Source of the DNA: Bacillota bacterium
GTDB lineage: Bacteria; Bacillota; Bacilli; ZCTH02-B2
Length of the DNA: 64,000 nt
Reading direction: 5' to 3'
Assembly (NCBI GenBank): GCA_017577895.2
Contig: PKQY02000005.1
Span: 2,336 to 66,335, forward strand
Under the pieces are notes generated by a model. The model was not told the origin of the DNA and ran no database searches. It worked only from the letters and a program-made list of their open reading frames with translations. Made by a program: the position numbers and the translations under genes. This document shows, in pieces, positions 12,223 to 20,689 of the stretch (positions are counted from its first letter, which is position 1; each line of letters starts with the position of its first letter).

Positions 12223-13581
12223 TTACACTTGCGGTAAGGCCTGCAAGCTTTTTTGCAAATCTTCTTCCGGATAGGTGATGTCTTGCAGACGGCCGCTCAA
12301 ATAATCCTCGTACGCCGCCAAATCAAAGTGGCCGTGCCCACTCAAGCCGAACAAGATCGTCTTGGCTTCACCGGCTTCCTTGCAACGGAGGGCTTCGTCG
12401 ATGGCAGCCCGAACGGCGTGACTCGACTCGGGCGCCGGCAAAATGCCTTCCGTTTGGGCAAACTGCACCGCGGCGCTGAACACGTCGTTTTGCGTGTACG
12501 CCCGCGCTTCGATGAGCCCTTCTTTATACAGGTGGCTCACCAGCGGCGCCATCCCGTGATACCGCAATCCGCCGGCGTGAATGCCGGGCGGCATGAAATC
12601 TTTCCCCAACGTGTACATGGGCAACAACGGTGTTAAGCCCGCCACGTCGCCGAAATCGTAGGCGAACTTCCCGCGGGTGAGGCTCGGACAAGCCGCCGGT
12701 TCAACGGCGATGACGCGCACGTTTTTGCCTTCGACGATTTTGTCATACAGGAACGGAAAACTCAGTCCCGCCAAGTTGCTGCCGCCTCCGGAACAGCCGA
12801 TGACCACGTCGGGATAGGCGTCCACTTTTTCCAGCTGCTTTTTCGCCTCCAGCCCAATCACCGTCTGGTGGAGACAGACGTGGTTCAAGACGCTGCCCAA
12901 GGCGTAATTCGTATCGTCGTGGGTCGCCGCGTCTTCCACCGCTTCGCTGATGGCGATGCCCAAGCTGCCCAGCGAATCGGGATCGACGGCCAACACGGCC
13001 CGGCCGGCTTGCGTCCTGTTGCTGGGACTGGCGACGACCTCCGCACCAAAGGTGTTCATCAAGATGCGGCGGTACGGTTTTTGTTGATAGCTGATTTTGA
13101 CCATGTACACGGTGCATTCCAAGCCGAAAAATTTGCACGCCATGCTCAAGGCACTGCCCCACTGACCGGCCCCGGTTTCCGTGGCGATACGCCGGATGCC
13201 GGCTTCGCGGTTGTAGTACACTTGCGCAATGGCCGTGTTCAACTTGTGGCTGCCGGACGGGTTCGTCCCTTCATACTTGTAGTAAATTTTGGCCGGCGTA
13301 TCCAGCAGCTTTTCCAAACGGCGGGCCCGATACAGCGGGCTTGGCCGCCACATGCGGTACAACTCCCGCACTTCGTCGGGAATTTCGATCCAACGCTCAC
13401 AGCTCGCCTCTTGCTCAATGAGGGCCATGGGGAAAATGGCCTGCAAATCGGCCGGCTCCAGCGGCTTTTTGGTGGCCGGATGGAGCGGCGGTTGCACATT
13501 TTTCAAATCGGCTTGAATGTTGTACCAATGGGTCGGAATCTCCGCCTCGCTCAGCAAAATCTTGTTTTCTTCTTTGCTCAA
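12223..13581 (-). CDS. TrpB-like PLP-dependent enzyme, long 'TrpB2' type tryptophan synthase beta paralogue
   Basis: 452 aa with an N-terminal extension ([12 protein letters not shown]..) and the motifs GSHKLNTA (PLP lysine) and GCSGGGSN. No trpA or other trp genes occur in the window. Confidence 0.85.
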   Translation of the reverse strand: MSKEENKILLSEAEIPTHWYNIQADLKNVQPPLHPATKKPLEPADLQAIFPMALIEQEASCERWIEIPDEVRELYRMWRPSPLYRARRLEKLLDTPAKIYYKYEGTNPSGSHKLNTAIAQVYYNREAGIRRIATETGAGQWGSALSMACKFFGLECTVYMVKISYQQKPYRRILMNTFGAEVVASPSNRTQAGRAVLAVDPDSLGSLGIAISEAVEDAATHDDTNYALGSVLNHVCLHQTVIGLEAKKQLEKVDAYPDVVIGCSGGGSNLAGLSFPFLYDKIVEGKNVRVIAVEPAACPSLTRGKFAYDFGDVAGLTPLLPMYTLGKDFMPPGIHAGGLRYHGMAPLVSHLYKEGLIEARAYTQNDVFSAAVQFAQTEGILPAPESSHAVRAAIDEALRCKEAGEAKTILFGLSGHGHFDLAAYEDYLSGRLQDITYPEEDLQKSLQALPQV

Positions 13582-13750
13582 CTCTTCTCAACTCCTTTGT
13601 TTCTCCTCATAAGTTCATCTTATCAACTATTCCCGACCTTTGTCCACCAAAATTCTTCCAAAATTTTCGCCGCTCCATTACTCTTGCCCGCGATGATTGC
13701 CGATCCGATGCCGCGCGACCCTTTTGGTCACAGCATTTTGTTGCAGCATT

Positions 13751-15040
13751 TTACGGTTGCAACATTTCCTTTAAGTCTTCCTGGGCCGTTCCGATCAAGC
13801 GAACGTTGAATTTCTCTTGGAGTACGGCCATGACCCCTTCGGAGATGAATGCCGGCGGTTTCGGACCAATGCGGATGTCCCGAATGCCGAGACTGAACAA
13901 TCCGAGCAGAATCGCCACCGCCTTTTGCTCAAACCAGGAAAGGACAATGCTGAGGGGCAAATCGTGAATGTCGCACTCCAGCGCTTCCGCCAAAGCCTTG
14001 GCGATCTTCACCGTCGAGATGGAATTGTTACACTGGCCCAAGTCGATGTATCGGGGAATGTCGGTGCCCGGGACGGTCCCGTAATCGACGTCGTTGAAGC
14101 GGAACTTGCCGCAGGAAGTGGTCAAAATCACCGTCTCCGGCGGCAAGGATGTGGCCAGTTCCCGGTAATACTCGCCGCCCCGGCCCGGCGCGTCGCAGCC
14201 GGCGATGACAAAGAAGCGGCGAATCTTCCCTTCCTTCACCGCCTGGATGATTTCCGGCGCAAGGCCAATCACCGTCTTGTGGTGAAACCCGGTGACCAAC
14301 GTGGCCTCCGAATCCATGTGGGCATCCGGCAGGGACAACGCTTTTTCGATGAGCGGTGTAAAGTCGTCGTTTTCGATTTTTTGCACCCCTTCCAGTCCCG
14401 CCACGTCGTAGGAAAACATCCGGTCGGCATACGTGCCTTTGATGGGCATCACACAGTTGGTGGTCGCCAAAATTGCGCCCGGGAACTGTTCAAACAAGCG
14501 CCGCTGATCGTGCCATGATTTGCCGATGTTGCCTTTCAAATGTGGGTATTTGCGCAATTGGGGATACCCGTGGGCCGGCAACATTTCAGAATGGGTGTAT
14601 ACGTTGATGCCCGTGCCTTCCGTCTGCTTCAACAGCTCTTCCAGCGCCAACAAATTGTGGCCGGTGACCAAAATCGCCTTCCCTTCCACTTTGTTCTGCG
14701 TCACCCGCACCGGCTGCGGCACGCCAAACCGGCTCGTATGGGCTTCGTCCAACAGCTCCATGACGCGGATGGCCGCCTGGCCCACTTTCATAAGCATCTC
14801 CAGATGTTCTTCCACGTTGAAATTGACGTTGGTCAGCGTTAGATACAGCGCCTCATGGGTCGTGGCGTCGACAAACGGATCCGTGTATCCCAGCTGGGCA
14901 GCGTGGGTGCGGTACGCCGCAATGCCTTTGAGCCCGAAGACAATCGTATCTTGCAAACTGGCAATGGTCTCATCTTTGCCGCAAACGCCGATGATCCTGC
15001 AACCGCCAATGGCCGTTTGTTCGCACTGATGACAAAACAT
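13751..15040 (-). CDS. hcp: Hybrid-cluster protein / hydroxylamine reductase, short (~430 aa) form
   Basis: MFCHQCEQTAIGGCRIIGVCGK with C-x2-C-x7-C-x5-C N-terminal cluster ligands. SD GGGGGAG precedes the ATG at 15040; the track ORF start at 15070 is an extension. Confidence 0.92.
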   Translation of the reverse strand: MFCHQCEQTAIGGCRIIGVCGKDETIASLQDTIVFGLKGIAAYRTHAAQLGYTDPFVDATTHEALYLTLTNVNFNVEEHLEMLMKVGQAAIRVMELLDEAHTSRFGVPQPVRVTQNKVEGKAILVTGHNLLALEELLKQTEGTGINVYTHSEMLPAHGYPQLRKYPHLKGNIGKSWHDQRRLFEQFPGAILATTNCVMPIKGTYADRMFSYDVAGLEGVQKIENDDFTPLIEKALSLPDAHMDSEATLVTGFHHKTVIGLAPEIIQAVKEGKIRRFFVIAGCDAPGRGGEYYRELATSLPPETVILTTSCGKFRFNDVDYGTVPGTDIPRYIDLGQCNNSISTVKIAKALAEALECDIHDLPLSIVLSWFEQKAVAILLGLFSLGIRDIRIGPKPPAFISEGVMAVLQEKFNVRLIGTAQEDLKEMLQP

Positions 15041-15101
15041 CTTTCCACTCCCCCTGGTCGTGATGTGCACGACCAGTATACATCTACTTCAGTCGTCCCA
15101 A

Positions 15102-15117
15102 TGTGACGGACATCACA
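15102..15117 (-). promoter_or_regulatory. CRP/FNR-family binding-site candidate (TGTGA-N6-TCACA) upstream of hcp
   Basis: Perfect palindrome TGTGACGGACATCACA. On the hcp strand it is followed 21 nt later by TATACT (15075-15080). This puts the palindrome centre at about -41.5 if the TSS lies 7 nt past the -10. Confidence 0.6.
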
Positions 15118-15186
15118 AAAATAGGGGAGTTCAAAGAGATGTCACATTAGAACAATTGGAAGAAACCATGACAACGTCACAATGGA

Positions 15187-15220
15187 AGAAAAACGCCTCA
15201 CTGACGTACGGCAGTGAGGC
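15187..15220 (-). terminator. Intrinsic terminator after the alpha/beta hydrolase gene
   Basis: Minus strand GCCTCACTG-ccgtacgt-CAGTGAGGC followed by GTTTTTCTT. Confidence 0.65.
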
Positions 15221-15230
15221 ATGAACAGGA

Positions 15231-16022
15231 TCAACCCAAAAACTCTTCCACCACTTGGCAAAACTTATCGGGGAACTGGCCGGTAAAGCCGTGTCCGCCG
15301 CCTTCGAAAATTTCCAGGCGGGCACCGGGAATTCGTCCGGCGATAATCTCCGCGTTTTTCGGCGGCACGAGAATGTCTTGGTCGCCCGTCATCACCAACG
15401 TCGGCGCCTGAATTTGATCGAGCCGGTCGTACGTGGAAAACGTTTGAATGGCTTCCAATTGCCGCAACAGGGCGTCCGTCGGAATGGGCGCCCGGATGGC
15501 CCGCAACCAAAGTTGTTCCAATTGGTCGGCGTGGTTTGCGATGTACTCATCGGGAAACAAGACCTTAAACATCCGTTGTTTGATCTCATCCGGCGTCCCG
15601 GTACGATTCGTGAACAGGCCGATCACGTCCGGCGGCGCAACAATGGACTGCGTACCGCCACAGTTGGTACACGCCAGAATCAGCTTGTTCACCCGTTCCG
15701 GATAATGGAGCGCCAATTCTTGCGCGATCATCCCGCCCATGGACACGCCGAGGATGTGGGCCTTCTCAATCCCCACTTGGGTCATCAACTCCACCGTATC
15801 TTGCGCCATCAGCGCAATCGTGTACGTCATTTGCGGTTTTTCGGTCCGACCGGCCCCCCGGTTGTCAAACAACAACAACTGATAACGCTTTGAAAGCCGC
15901 TCAACAATCACCGGATCCCACCAATCAACGTTGGCCGACAATCCCATGATCATGACCAACGGCTCGCCTTGGCCGTGAATTTCGTAATACATGTGAATGC
16001 CATTCGCTTGCACAACGGGCAT
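15231..16022 (-). CDS. Alpha/beta-fold hydrolase
   Basis: 263 aa with the nucleophile elbow GVSMGG and LLLFDNRGAGRT, typical of AB hydrolase_1. Confidence 0.85.
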   Translation of the reverse strand: MPVVQANGIHMYYEIHGQGEPLVMIMGLSANVDWWDPVIVERLSKRYQLLLFDNRGAGRTEKPQMTYTIALMAQDTVELMTQVGIEKAHILGVSMGGMIAQELALHYPERVNKLILACTNCGGTQSIVAPPDVIGLFTNRTGTPDEIKQRMFKVLFPDEYIANHADQLEQLWLRAIRAPIPTDALLRQLEAIQTFSTYDRLDQIQAPTLVMTGDQDILVPPKNAEIIAGRIPGARLEIFEGGGHGFTGQFPDKFCQVVEEFLG

Positions 16023-16118
16023 GGCTCACCCCCCTTTCTTTTTATTGAAAAGATTATTTTTATTTTCTATGATTTTTGTCAATCACGGAAAAATCCGGTA
16101 AGTCATGCTTTGAAAATC

Positions 16119-16158
16119 AAAAAATAAAACCTGCAACCGTCCAAGGACAGCTGCAGGC
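16119..16158 (-). terminator. Intrinsic terminator after the enoyl-CoA hydratase gene
   Basis: Minus strand CCTGCAG..(loop)..GTTGCAGG followed by TTTTATTTTTT. Confidence 0.6.
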
Positions 16159-16184
16159 AAAACAAATCAGCAGCTCGCCAGCCC

Positions 16185-16973
16185 TTATCCGTGAAAACGG
16201 GGCGGCCGCTTCTCAACGAAGGCACTGATGCCTTCTTGTCCCACCGGGGATGCGGCCAGTTTCGCGATGCTCTGGCTTTCCTTTTCCATTTGCGTTTCCA
16301 GCGTGTCATGCCAGCCTTCGTACAACAGCCGTTTCGCCGCACCGAGCGCCGCCGTCGGGCCGTTGGCCAGCTGAACCGCCAGCTGCCGAGCTTCTTCCAT
16401 CAAATCTCCATCCGGAACGACCCGATTGATGAGCCCCCATTCCAACGCTTCCGCCGCGGACAACACCCGGTTCGTCAACGTCAGTTCCATAGCCCGGCGC
16501 AATCCGACCAAGCGAGTGAGAAAATACGAACCGGAACCGTCGGGGGTCAGCCCGGCTCGGGTATACGCCATGGTGAAACGAGCCGATTCGGCGGCCAAAG
16601 CCAAGTCACAGGCGCAGACCAGGCTCAACCCCGCTCCAGCCGCCACCCCGTTTACGGCGGCAATGACCGGCGCATCCATCCGGTTCATCCGGGCCACCGC
16701 CGCATGCAAATACGTGGTAATTTCCTTCAATCGGTATTCCACTTGCGACAATTCGATTTGGTTGAAACTTTTCAAATCGCCGCCGGCACAAAACATCTTC
16801 CCGCTCCCGGTCAAAATGACCGCCCGAATCTCGGGATCGGTGTCGCACCGCAATATGGCGTCAAACAGTTCCTTCCCCATTTGATCGTTCAACGCGTTGG
16901 CCGCATCCGGCCGATGGATGGTGATGGTCGCCACGTGGTCTTTCACTTCAAATAGCAAGGTGCTGTACGCCAT
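16185..16973 (-). CDS. Enoyl-CoA hydratase/isomerase (crotonase) family protein
   Basis: ITIHRPDAANAL, FCAGGDLK and AAVNGVAAGAGLSL crotonase motifs. SD GGAGG lies 8 nt before the ATG at 16973. Confidence 0.9.
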   Translation of the reverse strand: MAYSTLLFEVKDHVATITIHRPDAANALNDQMGKELFDAILRCDTDPEIRAVILTGSGKMFCAGGDLKSFNQIELSQVEYRLKEITTYLHAAVARMNRMDAPVIAAVNGVAAGAGLSLVCACDLALAAESARFTMAYTRAGLTPDGSGSYFLTRLVGLRRAMELTLTNRVLSAAEALEWGLINRVVPDGDLMEEARQLAVQLANGPTAALGAAKRLLYEGWHDTLETQMEKESQSIAKLAASPVGQEGISAFVEKRPPRFHG

Positions 16974-17047
16974 CGAAATCGCCTCCAACAAGATATGTTT
17001 ACGCTTTCAATCATCACGTCACTTGGGAACAGGCCAGTCCACCGGCT

Positions 17048-17386
17048 TCATTCTGCGTTTTCGGTCTCTCGTTGCCGTTCCTTGAACAACTGATATTGAT
17101 GGTACATGTCCTTGGCAGCCGCCAACAGTGCCTGTTGCGCCTTCCCTTGATATGCCCCGCGAATGGCTTCCAAAATCGGCTCAATGCCGTCTTGCAAACT
17201 GTACCCTCTCAACAACCGGCTAATAAACTGTTGCGCGTGTTGGGTCGCCAGCGTACACGACGCGTCGACGATGACCCCGTATTTCAACTCCACTTCCACC
17301 GTGATGGTCAACATTTCATACACGCTTTGAGCCGCCATGCCTTGCGGCAATTTGGCGTGGCCTGCCAACATGACCGTTCGACCCAT
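17048..17386 (-). CDS. DUF3870-like small protein associated with acyl-CoA dehydrogenase genes
   Basis: 112 aa starting MGRTVMLAGHAKLPQGMAAQ... The family call is from memory of the DUF3870 pattern and its usual acd neighbourhood. SD AAGGGGA lies before the ATG at 17386. Confidence 0.55.
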   Translation of the reverse strand: MGRTVMLAGHAKLPQGMAAQSVYEMLTITVEVELKYGVIVDASCTLATQHAQQFISRLLRGYSLQDGIEPILEAIRGAYQGKAQQALLAAAKDMYHQYQLFKERQRETENAE

Positions 17387-17675
17387 CTTGCGTTCCCCTT
17401 TACGTTGTTGATTTGCGCCGTCTCCATTTATCACAAGCATAGCGTGAAACGGTCGGAACAGGCAAGCCAATCCGATAAACTAAAGGCAACACCATATCCA
17501 GACTGTTCAAACAACTTCCTTCCCATGGAGGAGGGGCGTTGAAAGACCCGGCCTTTAAGGAACTTTTCGGGCGTACATCGGAAACGTGGTCGAACGTGCG
17601 ATGCAACAAATGACAATCAACTGGACATTGCTCAACAGTATGGCGTAATCAAATCGGTCCCATATTGATGAAAAT

Positions 17676-17706
17676 GGGCAAGGGTAACTCCCCTGCCCAC
17701 TTTTTT
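17676..17706. terminator. Hairpin terminator just downstream of the acyl-CoA dehydrogenase stop
   Basis: GGGCA(A)GGG-taactc-CCCTGCCC with TTTTTT on the plus side and ATTTTC on the minus side. Confidence 0.55.
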
Positions 17707-17713
17707 CCCTGGA

Positions 17714-18910
17714 TTATTCTTCAAACGGCCATTTCGGCAACGTTTTCCGCAACGGTTTGTCTTTCCGGTAACCCAACGCGTATTCGGCTTGCATGATGGT
17801 GTGGATTTCCCGGGTTCCTTCGTAAATGACCGGCGCTTTGGCGTTGCGCAAATACCGCTCCACCGGAAACTCGTGGGAGTAACCGTTGGCGCCGTGAATC
17901 TGCACCGCGTCCACCGCCGCTTGGAAGGCCGCGTCGCAGGCGAACCATTTGGCGAGCGACGTCTCCCGCGTGCAGCGCATGCCTTCGTTTTTCATCCAAC
18001 CGACCCGGTACACCAGCAACTGGGACGCTTCATACCCGGCCACCATTCTGGCGATCATTTGTTGCACCAACTGATGTCTACCGATAGGCTGACCGAAGGT
18101 GTAACGTTCGTTGGCGTATTTGACGCTGGCTTCAATGCACGCATCGATCAAGCCGACCGCACCAGCCGCCACCGTGAAGCGTCCGTTGTCCAGCGCCGAC
18201 ATGGCGATTTTGAAGCCTTCGCCTTCCTCACCCAGCAAGTTTTCTTTCGGCACCCGGACGTCTTCCAGGAAAATTTCACCGGTGTTGCCGGCCCGAATCC
18301 CCAACTTGTCCTTGAATCCACGGGTCGTCACGCCCGGGAAGTTCCGTTCCACGATAAAGGCGGAAATGCCGTGGTGTTTCTTGTCTGGATCGGTTTTGGC
18401 GAAAATCAGGAAATGGTCCGCAATGTCGCAAAGAGAAATCCACGTCTTGCTGCCGTTGAGGATGTAGTAATCGCCGTCTCTGACTGCCCGCGTCTGCATG
18501 GCCGCCACATCGGAACCGGCGTTCGGTTCTGTCAAGCCGAAGGCGCCGATCTTTTCGCCTTTCGCCTGCGGAATCAAATATTTTTCCTTTTGATATTCAT
18601 TGCCCCATTGGAGCAACGTCAAGCTGTTCAGCCCGATATGCACCGAGACGGCCGTCCGGAAAGCGGTATCACCCCGCTCCAGCTCTTGGCAGACGATGGC
18701 CAACGTGTTGTAGTCCATGCCTTGTCCGCCGTATTTCTCCGGAATGCAGACGCCCATCAAGCCCAAGTCGGCCAGTTTGTCGATGATGCTTCGCTCAAAA
18801 TGTTGTTTCGCGTCCCACTCTTGGATGTACGGCATGATTTCCTTGTCCACAAACTGGCGAACCATTTTCTTGACGGCCAGTTGCTCTTCAGTAAGAGCAA
18901 AATTCATCAT
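17714..18910 (-). CDS. Acyl-CoA dehydrogenase
   Basis: 398 aa from MMNFALTEEQ, with ACAD N/M/C domain motifs (GLTEPNAGSD, YEGTREIH). SD AAGGAGGAA precedes the ATG; the track ORF is extended to 19015. Confidence 0.93.
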   Translation of the reverse strand: MMNFALTEEQLAVKKMVRQFVDKEIMPYIQEWDAKQHFERSIIDKLADLGLMGVCIPEKYGGQGMDYNTLAIVCQELERGDTAFRTAVSVHIGLNSLTLLQWGNEYQKEKYLIPQAKGEKIGAFGLTEPNAGSDVAAMQTRAVRDGDYYILNGSKTWISLCDIADHFLIFAKTDPDKKHHGISAFIVERNFPGVTTRGFKDKLGIRAGNTGEIFLEDVRVPKENLLGEEGEGFKIAMSALDNGRFTVAAGAVGLIDACIEASVKYANERYTFGQPIGRHQLVQQMIARMVAGYEASQLLVYRVGWMKNEGMRCTRETSLAKWFACDAAFQAAVDAVQIHGANGYSHEFPVERYLRNAKAPVIYEGTREIHTIMQAEYALGYRKDKPLRKTLPKWPFEE

Positions 18911-19094
18911 CGCCCATTCCTCCTTTTGTATGGTGTTTCGTGTGGGGAACAGCAAAATAGAATGGATGAGATCAAAAAAGCCGGAATCCGAAGTGACCGT
19001 GAAGCCAAGGCACAAAGGCTGACTTCACTTCACTCCGTCATTCCGGCTCACGCCTGTGGCTCCTTGATCGGCGGTGGGATCAATGGACACAAGC

Positions 19095-19108
19095 TGTGAA
19101 CGTTCACA
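19095..19108. promoter_or_regulatory. cre-like (CcpA catabolite-responsive element) palindrome in a divergent intergenic region
   Basis: TGTGAACGTTCACA is a perfect 14-bp palindrome and fits the cre consensus TGWNANCGNTNWCA at every constrained position. Confidence 0.55.
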
Positions 19109-19174
19109 TCTTCGTCACTTTTTCATCTCTCTATTTATAGTAGGTCTTGTGCCCACCGATGTCAATAGTCTGTA

Positions 19175-19194
19175 CGAATGAACCGGGTCATTCG
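19175..19194. promoter_or_regulatory. Inverted repeat CGAATGA-N6-TCATTCG, operator candidate (TetR/FadR-like half-sites)
   Basis: Perfect 7-bp arms. The GAATGA/TCATTC half-sites resemble the B. subtilis FadR(YsiA) box as I recall it, but the spacing differs. Confidence 0.35.
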
Positions 19195-19278
19195 CCCGTT
19201 CTTGCCGTATCGAGCCTTCCACATAATCCTCCCGTGCCATGTCGCCATAGAATAGATCAAACGTACAGGAGGAGAAAG

Positions 19279-20634
19279 ATGGACAACCACGTCAACATCA
19301 CCGTGACGGAAGGCAGCGACGGTTTTTTATCAGCAGATGTCTATCGGTCACTGTATTTACGTCCGTCGGAGCCAACGACCATCCGGGTAGGACATTCGTC
19401 CGCCGAAGTCGTTCTGCACCCGTTGGCCAACAGCCGCCGCTCCGAACTGCGGCTCCCCGGCCCCGTGCTGGAACAATTGCACTTGCTGCCGGGCATGCCG
19501 CTGAACTTGTGGAAGAGCGGTTCCGCCCTTCGCTTAGGCCCGGTTGTCGGCATCTTCGTCAGGCCCGACTATTTGACCGCCATCGCCCAAGGGCGTGTGC
19601 CCTTGACGGCGAAAAAGGACGTCCAAGCCAATGCAGTCGCCAAATGCCTCATTACCTTTTTTTCTGTCGACGGCATCCGCTGGGAAGAACAAACCATTCG
19701 GGGATGGACGTACTCGCCGGCCCACAAACGGTGGATTTCCCGCTGGTTTCCTTTTCCCGACGTCATTTATGACCGCGGCGTACATTATCCGCCATCGCTC
19801 AAGCCAAAAGTGAAAGCCGCCCGGGCACGATTTCGCGCCGACCCGCACATTCAATTCATCAACAACAGCGACTACTTGGGCAAATGGGAACTGTATACCC
19901 GTTTGAGCCAATATCCGGAGATGCGCCCCTACTTGCCGGAAACCCGCCGTTACGAATCGATCCGCGATCTCGAGACCATGTTGCAAAACCATCCGCTCGT
20001 CTACATCAAGTCGTTTTACGGCAGCCAGGGAAAAGAAGTGATGTCGGTCGCCAAAGTTACAAAAGGATACCGGGTCAAATTTTATCACAACGGCATCCAA
20101 CGGTGGCGGGCCGTTTCATTGTCGCAGATCGAAACTTGGATTCGTCGCTTTTTCGGGAACAAACCGTTGGTCTTGCAAAGAGGCATTGACCTGCTCACAT
20201 ACAAAGGCCGCCGCATCGACTTGCGGGTGCTCCTCTGCAAAGACGGAACCGGTCAATGGAAAGCCATTTACAACCAGGCCAACGTGTCGCTCCCCGGCTC
20301 GACCATCACCACCATCGGACGGAACTTCAAAAACTATACCGACGTATACCGGCTGTTTCGTCGCATCGGCAAGCCTGCCCGACTGCCGACCGATGACACC
20401 ATTCGCCGTGAAACCATCCGCATCGCCCGGTACATCGACAAAGCCTTTGGTCCTCAAGGCGAGTTGGGCATGGACATGGCGGTGGACCGCCAAGGAAAAA
20501 TTTGGTTCATCGAAGCCAATACCCGTCCGGAAAAACTGCCGATTCCCGGCCTGGAAGACACCCGAGGGGTCTCACCACAGTTTTTAGCGGTCTTTCAATA
20601 TGCCACTTTTTTGACGAAACACCAACAACCGTAG
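19279..20634 (+). CDS. yheD: YheC/YheD-family ATP-grasp protein (YheD-like, long form)
   Basis: 451 aa. SD AGGAGGAG + ATG at 19279. C-terminal ATP-grasp motifs (YIKSFYGSQGKEV, GELGMDMAVDRQGKIWFIEANTRP). Confidence 0.8.
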   Translation: MDNHVNITVTEGSDGFLSADVYRSLYLRPSEPTTIRVGHSSAEVVLHPLANSRRSELRLPGPVLEQLHLLPGMPLNLWKSGSALRLGPVVGIFVRPDYLTAIAQGRVPLTAKKDVQANAVAKCLITFFSVDGIRWEEQTIRGWTYSPAHKRWISRWFPFPDVIYDRGVHYPPSLKPKVKAARARFRADPHIQFINNSDYLGKWELYTRLSQYPEMRPYLPETRRYESIRDLETMLQNHPLVYIKSFYGSQGKEVMSVAKVTKGYRVKFYHNGIQRWRAVSLSQIETWIRRFFGNKPLVLQRGIDLLTYKGRRIDLRVLLCKDGTGQWKAIYNQANVSLPGSTITTIGRNFKNYTDVYRLFRRIGKPARLPTDDTIRRETIRIARYIDKAFGPQGELGMDMAVDRQGKIWFIEANTRPEKLPIPGLEDTRGVSPQFLAVFQYATFLTKHQQP

Positions 20635-20689
20635 CGCCGCTCCGTCGTGCCCGGCAGCCCATCGGAAAACCTCCGGCAAAGGAGGGAGG

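Noticed and set aside
10700-12274. 524-aa plus-strand ORF spanning the DUF2892 gene region and the whole SIMPL gene
   Set aside because: It is antisense to a well-supported SIMPL-domain gene and out of frame with the SD-preceded DUF2892 ORF. Its translation is Arg/His/Pro/Gly-rich with no recognisable motif. This is the typical stop-poor shadow frame of GC-rich DNA.
17471-17713. CDS-free 240-nt region with an SD + TTG 24-codon ORF (17539-17613), an HTH-looking peptide in another frame (LDIAQQYGVIKSVPY), and a plus-oriented terminator; possibly an IS/transposase relic or a small transcript
   Set aside because: The frames do not connect into any recognisable domain, no inverted repeats or transposase motifs are present, and the peptide similarity is only impressionistic.
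17789-19099. 436-aa plus-strand ORF; similarly 5014-6183 (389 aa) and 3865-4740 (291 aa)
   Set aside because: They are antisense to the acyl-CoA dehydrogenase, pcrA and ligA respectively, and show shadow-frame composition.
19246-19254. Sigma-K-like -10 element CATAGAATA about 25 nt upstream of the yheD-like start
   Set aside because: There is no matching AC -35 element at 16-17 nt spacing. A 9-mer of this type occurs easily by chance, so I did not call it as a feature.
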